The notes under the pieces are model-generated. The model made no database searches, had not been told where the DNA came from, and was given only the letters and a program-made list of their open reading frames with translations. Both the position numbers and the translations under genes were made by a program. A stretch of DNA of 64,000 nt from Isurus oxyrinchus (Eukaryota), in NCBI GenBank assembly GCA_026770705.1, contig JANJGN010000034.1, positions 6,138,001 to 6,202,000 of the forward strand, given 5' to 3'. Positions within the stretch are counted from its first letter, which is position 1. Every line of letters starts with the position of its first letter. Below are positions 26,584 to 39,566 of this stretch, piece after piece.

Positions 26584-27599
26584 TATTCATAAATAGTTGC
26601 ACTGAGTATCAAAGGAGGCAAGTTTTGCTGAGTTGATATATTTCTACTTACATAACAACCTGTGCATCAAAATAAAGGATTCAAAAATTCAGAAACTGTT
26701 TCGAAAGGTGAAGAGCAGATGAACCATTTTTTTATCAGCGAGAAAAGGCATTAATCAGCAATGCAAAATTGAAGGCTGGCATTATCCTCTTTGGAGCAAA
26801 GGAGTTGGAAGTGGCCTCTAAAAGATGTCAGCAAGATTAATACACGTTGGGATAAGTTATCAAAGAAAACATCTTTGCTCGACAAGGATGCACATCAGGA
26901 AGAATGACTGTTAATACTGTTACACCGCAATATGCAAGTCACACGCCATCCTTAAGTATCAACATTGCGCTGCACATTGCCTCTATCATTGAGCTATGTC
27001 GCCCTTCCTTTACTGCCATCGCGCTTACATCCTGGAACCCAATTGCAGCTGCACTGTGAGTGTTCCTGCAACACATGGACTGCAGTATTTCGAGGAGGCA
27101 GCACTGGGTCAATCCTGATGGCCAGCAACGCCCAAGCCCCGTCAAATAATAAAGACAAACATCGTACAATGAACAGTATCATCTTGGCCTGAGGCTTGCA
27201 GTAGTGGCGTAGTATGGCAGAAAACGAGATGATTCGGCCCAGGACATCCAAAACCTTCATCTGCGCCCCCAGCCCTTGTATGATCACCCAACAGGACCAC
27301 GTTTTATTTGCTAACTCACCCAAATGTCTATTAACCTTGCTGTCATGTATTAGATGCCTCTTCCGGTTCCTTTGCTTCCAAGAGAACAACATCAGAGTCT
27401 AATTTTGCATTACTGCTTAATGCCTTTTATTGCTGAATAAAAATATATCTATATATATGTATATGCTACATCTCTTCTTCTCCATTTGAAGCACGTTCCG
27501 AATATTTGAATCCTTTATTCTGATGCTCTAGTTGTTACCTAACTGGAGATTAATCGGCTCAGGATATTTTGGCTGCCTTTGAATTCAATGCAGCTATTG
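26584..27599. repeat. Inverted repeat, arms about 26584-26870 and 27300-27599
   Basis: gcatcaaaataaaggattcaaaaattc, aaaaggcattaatcagcaatgcaaaatt and gcaaaggag..cagcaagattaata are matched in reverse complement on the right arm. Confidence 0.8.
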
Positions 27600-28843
27600 A
27601 TGAAGATAAAAATCACGTGTGATTTGTGAACTGCTTTCGAGACCTTTAATCGCCAATGATACATGTAACAATTCACCAGGTCTCTCAGCTCTCCATACCC
27701 TTTCAAAATCTGGCATTATACATAATTTGCCTTACTAAATCCCGTTGAATGGAAAGCATCATCACACAATTAAAGTTATAAAAGTCCATCACCCATTGCG
27801 TCCCCCCTCCCCCCCTCCAAATCCCTCCTTTTAGTTAACGTATCAATGACATATTGCTGTCACTTGATATCAAACGCACTCTTTGCTACATTTCCAAAAT
27901 GCTACCAGTGGCAAATTTTGCATTTTTATTCAAAATTTCAATCTTGACGTTATTCATCAATAAAACAGCGGGGAAAGCCATGTTGTCCTACATCACTGAG
28001 TTTGAGTAACAAAAGTTTAGAACATTTTTTTTCTCTTTTTCCTTTTTATTCTTAGGCCAAATTTTATCAATGTGAATAATGGGCTTATATCGCACGAAGC
28101 CCCAACTTAGTTGTGAGAAATGCTCTCGCACACTTAGCCCGCTAGAAACGTGTCCTCATCGAGAGAATAGTGGACGACAATAGCAAGCCAGTGCAATAGC
28201 TCACTCCAGCTTTCCTTAAAAATTGGGGTGATTGCCCTCCGACCAGGCAACTTATCCAGTCCAAGGATAATTACCATGGCCGGTACATTTTCCCAATCAA
28301 TAATCAGGAAATCCATACTCCCTACATTCTACAGTGCTATTGACAGTCTGCCAATGTCCTCCAAACTTGCCGTGTGCCTCTGAGTTTACATCAAAGTGAA
28401 CACCTACTCTTTCTACGGCTTTTGATTTAAATATGGGCTAACGATTTTATAGTAATTTTGTTTTAGCTGTTAAAGTTTTCAAGTTCTCTCTTTTCCAGTT
28501 TTGTTTCATCGCCAATTTCGTCTCGGATTATTGTTTTTGGCCCGTTTCAAATTTGAAGAGCTGACCTGACATGATGCATTCACACACATAGATGTTTGAT
28601 GACAGTCTATACGTGCCTTGCAATCGAAGAATCCCTGCCTTTGAAAGGTCTGGCTTTCTGTATGTTGCGGTGTCCCTAGGTCCCACCTGAAATATTCCTG
28701 CCTTGGCGTCCACAGGTTGATTTGCTAGTTTCCTTTTCCTTCCAAAGGTTGAATCCAGCTTCTTTAATTCTCGGGGATTAAGCTTTAAGCATCTACTGTA
28801 GATTCTGCACACTTTAAATTTAATTTATCATCTTCATCCACAG

Positions 28844-28858
28844 AAAAATCATTGAAGG
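28844..28858 (+). CDS. 15-nt microexon, (E/K)KSLK
   Basis: tcatcttcatccacAG|aaaaatcattgaagg|GTaaga. Confidence 0.7.
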
Positions 28859-29074
28859 GTAAGAATGTTCATGTTATTTGATACTGCCTTCCACACCCAA
28901 GAAACATGTACATGTCTGGTAAATGCAGGTGTTCTTAGGAATTTCTTAATCTTTGTATGCAAAATGGAAGAAGGAAAACAAGCAAGTGTGGCAAGCAATT
29001 AAGAAATAAATTGGCATGTCCGTCTTTATAGCTCAAAGAAAGGTTCAAAACAAAGAAGCCTATCTGCAATTACA

Positions 29075-29091
29075 GGGATGTAGTATCCCCC

Positions 29092-29131
<40 letters not shown>

Positions 29132-29240
29132 ACCACGGTGGCATGACCCGCAGCGGGTAATGAGGTGTACCAGCCAAAACTCCATTGACTACAGGCAGGA
29201 CGGGCTGATTCCTGCAAAGGGTGCGGCCAGAAATCCCACC
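29075..29240. mobile_element. Short non-autonomous element (Harbinger-type MITE-like) containing a 39-nt poly-C run at 29093-29131
   Basis: ccagccaaaactccattgact core resembles a recalled common shark MITE; poly-C seen directly. Confidence 0.5.
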
Positions 29241-29834
29241 TTCAGAATTCTGCACAGACCACGCCAGGTGGCCTGTGTAGTTTAATATATTTGATTCCTA
29301 AAGTGCAAAGGGCTGCTACAAATCTTTCCATGTATTATTGTTCAGACAATAAACTCTGTCTCTGAGGACAGAATAGGCACAATAAACATTCGTTGTCCTG
29401 AATGTGGAAGATGAGAGATGAAGTACTTTTTAAACATTCTTTGAAATTATAGATGTCAAAAGCTGTGTTCCTTCTAGGACAGGATAAATAAAGAGCTCAG
29501 AGTGTCAGGATAAGGGGTACGGGGATCAGGAGAGGTTACTTTACCTGGAGAATATGATTTTGCTGGAATTCTCAGCCATACGGAGTGGCTGTTTGAACGT
29601 TTAGTATAGTGAAGGCTGCTACCGATAGATTTTTGGCCACTAATCGAATCTGGGACTATGGGTTTTGGAGGAAATCTGACTTGATCAGAAAATCATCCAC
29701 TCTATCATGGAGTGGCAGGCAGGATCGCATGCCTGCTTGTATAGCTGTTGCCCTTCTGCCTTACAGGCTTAAGGTCTTAGAGTTGAAAATTGCCTGCAAA
29801 ATATATTAGCTTGATGCCCAATTGTAGGATATAA

Positions 29835-29968
29835 CTGAGGAAGAGTCATACGTACTCGAAAGAGTAACTCCAGATTTCTCATCACAGATGCTGCTAGACC
29901 TGCTGAGTCTTGCAAGCATTTTTATTGTTTTAACTTAAGGTTCCAGAATCTGCAATATTTTTGCTTTC
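29835..29968 (+). mobile_element. Penelope-like terminal fragment with a degenerate hammerhead core
   Basis: CTGAGGA-a-gagt-catacgt-actc-GAAA followed by cacagatgctgctagacctgctgagt. Confidence 0.6.
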
Positions 29969-30029
29969 AGCTTGAAGAATATCATTTTTGCGCTCAAATC
30001 CACCCCTTCATTCTGGGGTTTTCACCTGC

Positions 30030-32000
30030 ATTATGTATATAAGTTAATTCGCTTTTCGTTTGGGAGCATCGCTAGAAATGCCTACATGTTTTTCCCCATC
30101 ATAAAATACCTCGAGGAGGCGATGGTGAGCTTCTCGAACCAATGAAGCCCAGTTGTGGCCTTGGTACATGCATAGTGCCATCAGCTGGAAGTTCCAAGAT
30201 ATGGAGTGAGTGACAGCAAAGGAGTGGCGATAAAGTTGCAAGTCAGGTTGGTGTGAGGTTTGGGCGCGGATATGTTTCTTTTGATGTGCTCGGGCATCTG
30301 CGGTCCTTTTTTAAATCTTGGTAGAATTCCAGCTTTTTGAAGATGTTCCTGAAAGAAAGTTGGCGGGTTTTTGCAGTGCTTCTTTCAGATCGTACATAAT
30401 GTTGTCACTGTGTCAGAACTGAATACCAGTAATAATATTTAAACAGGTGGATAGGGTGGAGATATGGAAAGTGGGCACAGGATGTGCTCGGCCTTCTATT
30501 GTGTCGAGATTCATTAGTGATGTTTGACCTGCATGCATCTAATCAACAGGTAAAATGCGACCACACTCATGTTGTTTCATGAACGTGGTGGACAGGTTTT
30601 GAGGAGGCAGGAGCAGCCTTATTCCCCTTGCAGTCACATTACTCTTATAGTTGAACCAATGAATTATATGGTCAATACTAATTCATAACAGGGCAAAAAA
30701 TACGTTTCTCAAAACTCTAAATTCCTTCATGTTTGATGTAGTTTTCATCGTCCAGATCATTCAACTCGATATTAAATGCATTACCAAACGGTTAGCTATT
30801 ACCTATACCAAATTCTCAATACATCTGCACATTTTGCACTACCTTTAAGGCATGCCTTAACATCTAACTCATTGACCGAAGCTGTTGTCACAATTCCTAA
30901 TATCCAGTATGTAATTTTCAATGTAAATTTGTTCCAACCTATTCCTGTGAAGGTACTCAAAACATATCAGTCCAAAAATCAGAGGAATCCAAAGAAAGGA
31001 TAAGGGGTTTTGATGAATTGTGTCTGCATTGGATGCCAAATATATCTACATAATTTTATGTGCTCCTCCAGTTAGGTATTGAGTTGCCAAGGACGACTCA
31101 CGAGTAGATGAGACAGGACTCCGGTACTTTCATCCCATATGTTGGTAGTGGGATTGATTTGCTCTGCCTATTGATGGTCGCTTCTGCTGTTTGTATGCTG
31201 ATAGGCCTGCGGCACATCTTAATAGGGTTGACATCTTATTATATGCGTGACTTGCTAGCACCACGTTGGAATAACTACTCCATCAATAATACAGGGCAGA
31301 TGCATTTGAGACATCCAGATTGGTGAGAACAAAGCCTCATAGGATTTTCCTCCTCTTGGATTCCCTCACCATTTGCTGCAGCCCAGCCTAGAAGGAATAT
31401 AACTGAGGGCTCGGCCAGCTGCGGCGGTAGTGATGTTGCCAAGCCGATTTTTTGTGACGGATGGCGTTGGCCACCACCAAGAGCATCGTGTGCCAGGCGT
31501 TGGCCACCACCAAGAGCATCGTGTGCCATTTTACCCACGTGAGTGCTTCTTTCAAGTGCTTTTCAATATGGATGAATCTTAATGCATTATCTTAGAGACT
31601 TTAATGGTCACACTCAGTAGAATGTTATCTTGCACATATTGGACCAGATAACATGTGTCGTTATTGGACATAGAGTAAATTTTCAGGACACCAAGAGGCA
31701 CCTGTTCAAGACTATGTACCAGCCAGCCAACAAAATGGCCCATCTGTCCAGGAAGTAGAACAGGGTAGGTCAAGGAATGTTGATGCTATGGTCTGTTACA
31801 TTGGCTGCATAATATTATCCCAGGATTATGGCTATTGAGTAATTTGCTGGACTGTCCTGCGAGACACCATTCCCCATTTTGTCCCAACACGCGACATGCT
31901 AGCAAGTAGGATTCTGCAGGACCTGGAGGGCTCTGTGTGACATTTCATTTTATGACACCTACGTCGATGATGTGCAGTGCGCCTGTTTTTATTATTTTTT
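30030..32000 (-). mobile_element. CR1/L2-group LINE remnant (same family as 10720-13330)
   Basis: Reverse-strand similarity to the 10.7-13.3 kb element. Confidence 0.6.
31463..31528 (+). repeat. Perfect 33-bp tandem duplication
   Basis: ggcgttggccaccaccaagagcatcgtgtgcca twice. Confidence 0.95.
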
Positions 32001-32329
32001 GTTTTCTTCTGCAACTGAATGGCGTGATGAGCCAATTTAGAGGGCATTCAATATTAAATCATATCTCTGTGGTGTTGGAGTTTTATGCAATCCAAACGAG
32101 GTATTCACAGCAGACATTGTCTCATTAAAAAAAAACGACTGAATCAGGTGGATTCTTAAAGCAATCAGTGATATTTTATTGTACCTTAACAAATTCCAGC
32201 TTTCAATTTCATTTTGAAATTAATTAAAATCAATGAGTATACTGTATTGATACTCTATAAAATGTCCAGAACGGGCTCGAACACCTTTTCCAGTGTTTCA
32301 ATATTTGGATTGCCATCTGTCCCCTCTTG

Positions 32330-32830
32330 ATTACAACCAACTACGCACTTCAAATACATTTCTAACTACGTCCCTCGCATTGTGAGAGTTGATGTTTCGT
32401 CTGCTCTTTCACATAGTGAAGCCTAGATCCACCTGGCTTTTGAGGTGACAATGTCCCCTTGAATACCTCCGACATCTCGTACCTCACATGATAAATGTAT
32501 GCCCTCTATTTCTGACTGTATTACGAATGGGAATAGAGCCTTCATCTGCTGCACATCATAAGCCATCGTAAAGTGCTGAATTTGAATTTGACCACCACTG
32601 AGTCTAATCTTTTCTGAGGAAAATTAGCCAATGTAATCTTTACTCATAAGCAAAACGTTCTAATCAGTGAAATGTTTAGGAAACGCACTCTCTCTCCCCT
32701 CCAGCACAATCACATATTTCCTGTAATGTGGGACCAAGATTTTCACATGACCTTATTTGTATTATCTATAACTCCAGCATTCACTCGCAGCTTCAATTTT
32801 TTGTCGGCCTCGGTAATAGCGAAGTATTCT
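32330..32830 (-). mobile_element. CR1 3' fragment
   Basis: Reverse CR1 3' region motifs. Confidence 0.5.
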
Positions 32831-33155
32831 GTTTAACTGGAATATATGAGAATGGCAGAAGTGATAATGAATATAAGCAATACTGTGATTAGTCAATCAA
32901 CCATGAAATGGCATGATATAATATTATCCATTTAGCTCTCAATGTGGACTTTTCCAATAATTGATTATCTCATTCAGTGAATAATTTGGCACAGTGCAGG
33001 TTATTCACAACGGAAAGCTGCATTCCTTTATTTCTTTGTAAGAATTGTTTAGAAAAGCTCATTTTCACCTGAGCGCTGAGAATTAAATTTGAACGTGAGC
33101 GCAGAGGTAGTCATTTTAGCGAGAGCACTAAGGATGTTGCTTGTTTGAATTGCAG

Positions 33156-33191
33156 ATCTGAGCAAGTGCGAAGAAACTCTGAAAGTGTTAG
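33156..33191 (+). CDS. 36-nt microexon, (D)LSKCEETLKVL
   Basis: ttgtttgaattgcAG|atctgagcaagtgcgaagaaactctgaaagtgttag|GTgaga. Confidence 0.85.
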
Positions 33192-33626
33192 GTGAGAGAA
33201 GTGTTTTTACTACAGGTCCGATTTTCGCCTATCTCCTCTTCAAGGAGCAATTGCTTCTTGGTTCCATGGAGCGTTATATAACCGTGAAGTGGAATGTCAG
33301 AAATCACATGCGACTGTAATCTCGATGCTGCACATTTAACCGAGTATATCTTCTATCTTGCCATCGAAGTTTAGATTCTCTAGTGGAAAACATGCCAATT
33401 GAGCCCTAAGTTTTGATAATTTAAATAAAGCTTCAACGTTTTCAGGATTACTGGGTGGAAATTCAATGTTGATAAAGTGACTGAGCAGGCGGGTTAGAAA
33501 CCGCCAACTATTTTTGGTAATGTGCATATTGCTGCCTAGCCGACAATTTCAAAACAAATAAGAAGAAATCGCCCCACAGGAAAAACGCTTTGACTATTTC
33601 CAATTGTTTCTGGTTTATCGTAACAG

Positions 33627-33653
33627 AAGAAAAACTCAAAGGAAAGGAGAAAG
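33627..33653 (+). CDS. 27-nt microexon, (E)EKLKGKEK
   Basis: gtttatcgtaacAG|aagaaaaactcaaaggaaaggagaaag|GTaatt. Confidence 0.85.
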
Positions 33654-33809
33654 GTAATTGGATATACAGTTCACTACATTAAGATGCAAATGGTAAATGT
33701 GTGATAGTTGCTTGCTAAAGACTTTTATAATAATGAATTGCACAAAATACCTTAGGAAGGTCATGTCACCGTTAAACGTTGCCTCCTCCCTTGGCTGGGC
33801 AAACATACC

Positions 33810-34500
33810 AACATTCGAATTAGAAGCAGGAGAAGGTCAGTCGTCCCCTCAAGCCTGCTCCACAATTCATTAAGACCATGGTTGATCTGATTGTAACCTC
33901 CACATTCACAGATACCCCGATACCATTTCACCACTTGCTTAGCAATAATTCATCTATCTCTCACGATTAAAAAGATTTAAAGATTCTGCTTCCACCGACC
34001 TTAGAGTAAGAGACTTGCAAATACTCAGGACTCTCTAAGAGATAGGAGGGAAAGCCTATTCTCTTGTCTTAAATCGGTGATTCTTGTTTATAAAAGTAAA
34101 CCTTAGTTCTAGATTCTGCCACGACAAGAAACTTCCACACCAAATTCATCCTGTGAAGGTAATTAATGATCTCACCTGCTTCAATCAAGCCGTGCATTCC
34201 TCTTCTAAATTCCAGCTGGCACGGACTCTCCAAACTTTCCTCTTAGAAAGAACCGCCTATTCCTGCTGTTAGTCTAGCAAACCTTCTCGGAAGCCTTTCT
34301 AGAGCATATTTTTAAAGTAGATCATTACAATAAATTTTATTCCAGATGTAGTCTCACTAGTGATCTATACAACTGAAGCTAAAGCGTTCTAATTTTGAAT
34401 TCAATTGTCCTCAGAATAAACGATAGCATTGTCTTATATTTCCTAACTGCTTAATACAACCGTATTCTAGACATTGCGATTCAATGATATAGGGAAACTT
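33810..34500 (-). mobile_element. CR1 3' fragment
   Basis: gaattagaagcaggagaaggtcagtcgtcccctcaagcctgctccacaattcattaagaccatggttgatctg is a typical reverse CR1 tail. Confidence 0.75.
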
Positions 34501-35499
34501 TTGCCACCTGTGGAAAATTTCTAAACTAAAGAGCGATAAATAGAAATGTAATACTCTCTCCAAAGAACCCTTAAGAGTATCCATGATCTGTAATTCGCAA
34601 TCACATCCTGGCAAGTTGAATTTAGGGGACTGTTTAAAACAAAATCACATGAGCTGAACTCCAATCAGATGTTTTTCTCACGAGTTGGTTTGACCTCGGG
34701 TGGAAGGTAGTTCTAATGTGTTTTAATTGCTGCCTTTAACTCATTTGATCGAATGTCGCTTTTTCTCTTGCCTGCACATTTTATTTGCACCAGAGTTTGA
34801 AATGCTAATATCCGTGCCTTGTTTAGATATCAATCAATTTTACCACCCATTGATTGCAAGATAACACCATGTTAGCCAATGTTTATAAATAGCAGCGACT
34901 TGGCAATCAGCAGTCCCTGTTACACCATCGATCAGATTGTAAACACAACCATGTTACGTTCACATTATAAAGAACCATGCTTGCCTGAAAGTTCATGACG
35001 TAAGAATGTAGCAGTCTTCCGCATCAGAGTGAAGTCAATCATCAACCGTTCCCACACTATAATTCGCCAGAAAATAGTGAATTTACTTTACAGTTCCAAA
35101 TGAAGTATCAATTAGGCATACAACATAGAATTGCATAACATTTAGTGAAAAGCATCTGGCGATGCCGCACAAATACACTATGACAGCATTCAAGCTCCAG
35201 AGGAGCCATATGCAACATTACCTAACCTAGCTTCAAATATGGAGAGTTATAATAGGAAAACATACATGACACGTTAAATCACATTTGTGGGTATATACGT
35301 CACTGCAGGCAGGTGTGACGAATTAACATTTCACTGAGCCAACATGTGAACTATGTAACATAACCTCTCCTGATCTGAAAATTAGACAATTTTAACATGT
35401 ACTGCCATGCATTAGAAAGGATTAGTGGTAGGGGAAATAAATACAGCAAAATACCTTTTGAAGCTGAAGTATAATCAATGTTCCTCCTCTACATTGCAG

Positions 35500-35535
35500 A
35501 GCTAATCGACTGTCAAAACGGCTTGAAAGAGTTAG
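35500..35535 (+). CDS. 36-nt microexon, (E)LIDCQNGLKEL
   Basis: ttcctcctctacattgcAG|agctaatcgactgtcaaaacggcttgaaagagttag|GTcaga. Confidence 0.8.
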
Positions 35536-36989
35536 GTCAGAAAACCACTTTTGCTATCTAAATATCCTGCATTGCATTCAATCGGACAGGGTTTGAAAGA
35601 TTGTGCACAATCCCTGAAGCAGTGTTATATTGTGCAAGTGGAAATCTTGCAATGTTATTTAGCCTTCAAATAGGCAACGTGCATAAATCTCCTTGGCAAT
35701 AGTAATCACTGTTCATAACACCAACGTGGGAAATAATTAGTGGTGCATTAAATAAATTGCACATAAAAATGCTGCACTTACTTCAATGTATTTTATAGAA
35801 ATTCATCTTTGGTGCTGGAGCAAAACGCAATGGCAGCTGGACAGCGGATCCTTTGGCCGTATCATACAAACCCATAACCACTACAATCTAGAAGGGCAAG
35901 GGAAGCAGATTCAAGGAAACAACACGAACTGGAATCCCACTTCCAAGGCACTTACCATGCTGACTCGTGGAATATATTGCCGCTCCTTCACTATGACTTG
36001 GGTGAAAATCCTAGAACCACCTCCCCAAAAGCATTCTGGGTATACCTACACCACAAGGACTGCAGCTTTTAACGTGGGCAGTTCAGAACCATCTTCTCAG
36101 AGGAAATAAGTCTGGGTAATAAATGCTGGCCAAGCCAGAAAAGCCCAATTGCCATGCCATTTTTAATTTATAATTGTGTACATCTGATAATGCTAAATGG
36201 CACACACAGGCACTCGGTAGCTCCTTTATTATTGGTGCCACTTTGAACTTCATTATCTACAATGCAAAATGTTTACCAAAGCAGTATTGATTACTCGTTT
36301 TGCACTGTTGAAGAAAATCAAGAGGCATCACACTCCAAAATGATGGAGTATTATAGCATTCTTGACGCCATGTCATCAGGGTTTTTCGCTCAATGCTAGT
36401 CTATATCCCACGATGTCGATTATGATTTCTAACTTTGTTAATTACTGATAATGCCCTGTTTGCAAAAGAGAGTAACGCCGACAGGTGGCGCTGATAAGTA
36501 ACAAAGATTTTAGGTTCCTCCCATTGGCACTGTGTAAAAAAAAATTGTGAATGTTAGCCATTTGGGAACTGCAGTTCAAGCTTCGTGCTGGAGCACTTCT
36601 CAGTGTATACAATTTTGAAATCAAAAAGATTTTTTCTGGCACAATTTGGATAAATGTGGTAAACTGATGCAAGTATGGCGAGAGACGTTAATTGATTTCT
36701 AGTGCAGCAAGTGTGTTCTTCTGACTATAATCACGATTGAGAGGTAAGGAGGAACTTCTCAACGTATTTTCTTGTTTTCCAAATGAATGGACACGATACA
36801 TCCACAAACAACAAAATAATAATATTTCATATCTTGATCAAGGTGTTCAATATTGCAAAAATAAAGATTCAAGCTGACGAAACTTGTCAACTTGCACTGT
36901 TGAGGACGATTCATAGATGACTAAAATGTAAAAGCAACAACCATTTATACCTTATGAAAATATGTTGATTGATTGGCAAGCTGACTCTG

Positions 36990-38930
36990 ATTGGTCGGGC
37001 ACAGAGCGACACATGGGAGCATGATTCAATCGCATTTTCGAAAATTTGGTTTAATATGGGCAGAGATGGCATCTCGCTATCTCTTTGTGTGCAAATTTCA
37101 GACAGGATAAAGAAGGCGATAAAAGTTCGCGGGTAGCATTATTGATTAAATGCTCTGAGAAGGATAATAATCAATTAAGTATCAACTGAGACCACATGGG
37201 TGACTTCAGAAATAAAAACAAAAATGGCCCACTGCCTGAAACGTACTGTAGACCCCAAATAGAAGAGTTAGCATATAGCAAATTTCTGTGTGAAAAACAA
37301 TGGGCAGTAATCTTTGGAGACTTCAATGACCAAATATCAATTGGGACACGAATATTGTGAAGAAAGCAAAGAGCACACCATTATTATGTTCAAGTTAACT
37401 TTTGCAGAGCTACCACTTAACAAGCCCAAACGACGATTCACAATTTTTGATTTTATCTTAGGGCATGAAGCTGGGCAAGTGGATGAATTGGCAGTGGAGG
37501 ACCATGTTGAGGTTCATGATTTAGCATCACTATGGAAAAGGGAAAAGACGGAACAGGAGTATAAACCTTAATTGGGGAAGGACAATTTTTATAAAGCTGT
37601 GAGCTAAACTGGCGAAAGTGGACTGGATATAACCACTCAAAAGTAAAGCAGTGTCAAATCAGTGGATTGGGCTCAAGTGCGAGATTCTATGGGTACAGCG
37701 TAGACATGTTCCCAGAAAGGAAAAGGGTTGCACAACCAAATCTACAGGCCCACATGGTTATCCAGATGCAAACAGTGCAAAATGAAGAAGGAAAGGGTAC
37801 GTTGTGACAGGCATCGAAAACTGAATACTTTAGAAAATCTAGAGTAGTATTGAAAGGACAGGGATGAAGTAACAAAATAACATACTTATTTTAAGGAAGG
37901 GTGAAAGAAAAACATTTACAGGTAGCATCGAAAAAAAACCAAAGATATTTTACCAGTGCATTATGAGCAAGAAAATAACTATTGAAAGTGTAGGGCCCAT
38001 CAGCGATGTACATTACAACTTATGCATTGATTTGCAAGTTGTAAGCAGGGTCCTCAATGACTTATTGTCCTCTTCTATCTCTCAGGAGAATGCTGATGCA
38101 GACATTCCATTGAAAGAGGCGTGGGAAGTTTTAGGTAAAATAAGTATAATGAGAGATGGTGTACTGGAGAGATTGGCATCCTTGAAGGTGTATACATTAC
38201 CAGGGTTCTGCTGAGTGTATGCCAGGCTGTTATAGGATACTAGTGAGGAGATGCCCGACGCTCTCGGGGTCAATTTCGATTCCTAATTCGAAAGAGGTGA
38301 GGTAGCAGAGTGTTGGGCATTGGTGCATGTTGAACTATTATTTATACATGGCGTGGTGGACAAGCCAAATAAATATTGGCCAGTGAGCCTGACTTTGGTG
38401 TCAGGCAATGTAGTGGTTAGAATCCTAAGAAACAGGATAAACTGTCACTTAGAAACTTTTGGATTGATCAGTGATATTCCACATGGTTCTGTTAGGGGGC
38501 ATTTTACCTTGTTAGCTGAACCGAACTTTTGAATCTAAATAACTAGGAGGATCCTTAATGGTAGTGTAGTGGATGTTCTCTACCTGGAATGTAATAAGGC
38601 ATTTGGCATGGTCCCACGGGTCAGAGTGGTCAAAAAGTGAAATATCATTGTTTACAAGGGAAGGTGTTTTTTTTTTTCCTTTTGATCCAACAGTAAGCAA
38701 ATTGTAATCAGCGATGAATGTTTATTTTTTTTATTTTTACTAATGGAACATTGTTTCCAATTGCTTTCCACAAGGATTTGTTTTGGGACCCTTGTTGTTT
38801 GCCGTATATATAAATAATTTGGCCTTAAATGTGGGAGTGAAACTTGGAAATTTGTAGATGGCACAAACATTGTTCGTTTTGTTCATCGTGAAGGACGAAT
38901 CTGCTGTCTCCAGAATTTTTGCTCCAGAGA
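36990..38930 (+). mobile_element. CR1 ORF2 remnant
   Basis: DKPNKYWPVSLTLVSG..ILRNRINCHLETFGLISDIPHG (NYRPVSLTSVVGK..SQHGF-like). Confidence 0.85.
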
Positions 38931-39551
38931 ATCCATTGGATCTCTCCTAAACTTCCATTTGTTTTAAAAGGTGCAATGTGTGTCCATTCTTCTTTTGTCT
39001 GCAAACGCCAAGGTGCTGATTAGAATATATATAGCCTCTAGCCATTAGCAGATCAAATGAGCTGAATACATGTTGCGCATTATTCAATTAAAAACTAATT
39101 CGGGGGCAGTAATTCCCTAGTTGAGTCCCCAGGACACGTCCTTGATAAATCAGAGTTGACCTCCGTGGCTTGAATATAAACAAAACTTGGCAGTTAACAG
39201 TCACTTGCTAGTGTATTGTCCGTGACAACATTTCGATCAATCATAGACTATTTGGCAACAAATACCAACTCTCTTCTAAAGCAGTGTGAATTTTTGTGCC
39301 CTTTAAAATTTCGTCTTCTTGTAAATTCTCCTGATGACTGCAAGATGGAAAGCATTGTCAACATGCCTCTTTTCACAGCAAAGCTCCAGTTTTGTTTTTC
39401 TACCAAACCATTATATGTTCCATATTCTGAGTTAGTTATTAGTTACCCATACTCAGCAATGTTAGTGTAAGTGCAAATTAGTTTCCTGCTCTTAACTAAC
39501 GATCTTGTGCACCATCAATTCATGGCTATCTATCATCATTCTGCTTTACAG

Positions 39552-39566
39552 AAAAAGTAAAGAAAG
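39552..39566 (+). CDS. 15-nt microexon, (E)KVKK
   Basis: cattctgctttacAG|aaaaagtaaagaaag|GTaggtgga; paralogue of 813-827, with a similar donor flank gtaagtgga. Confidence 0.75.

Noticed and set aside
29016-29285. Poly-Pro and poly-Gly ORFs
   Set aside because: Artefacts of the poly-C run
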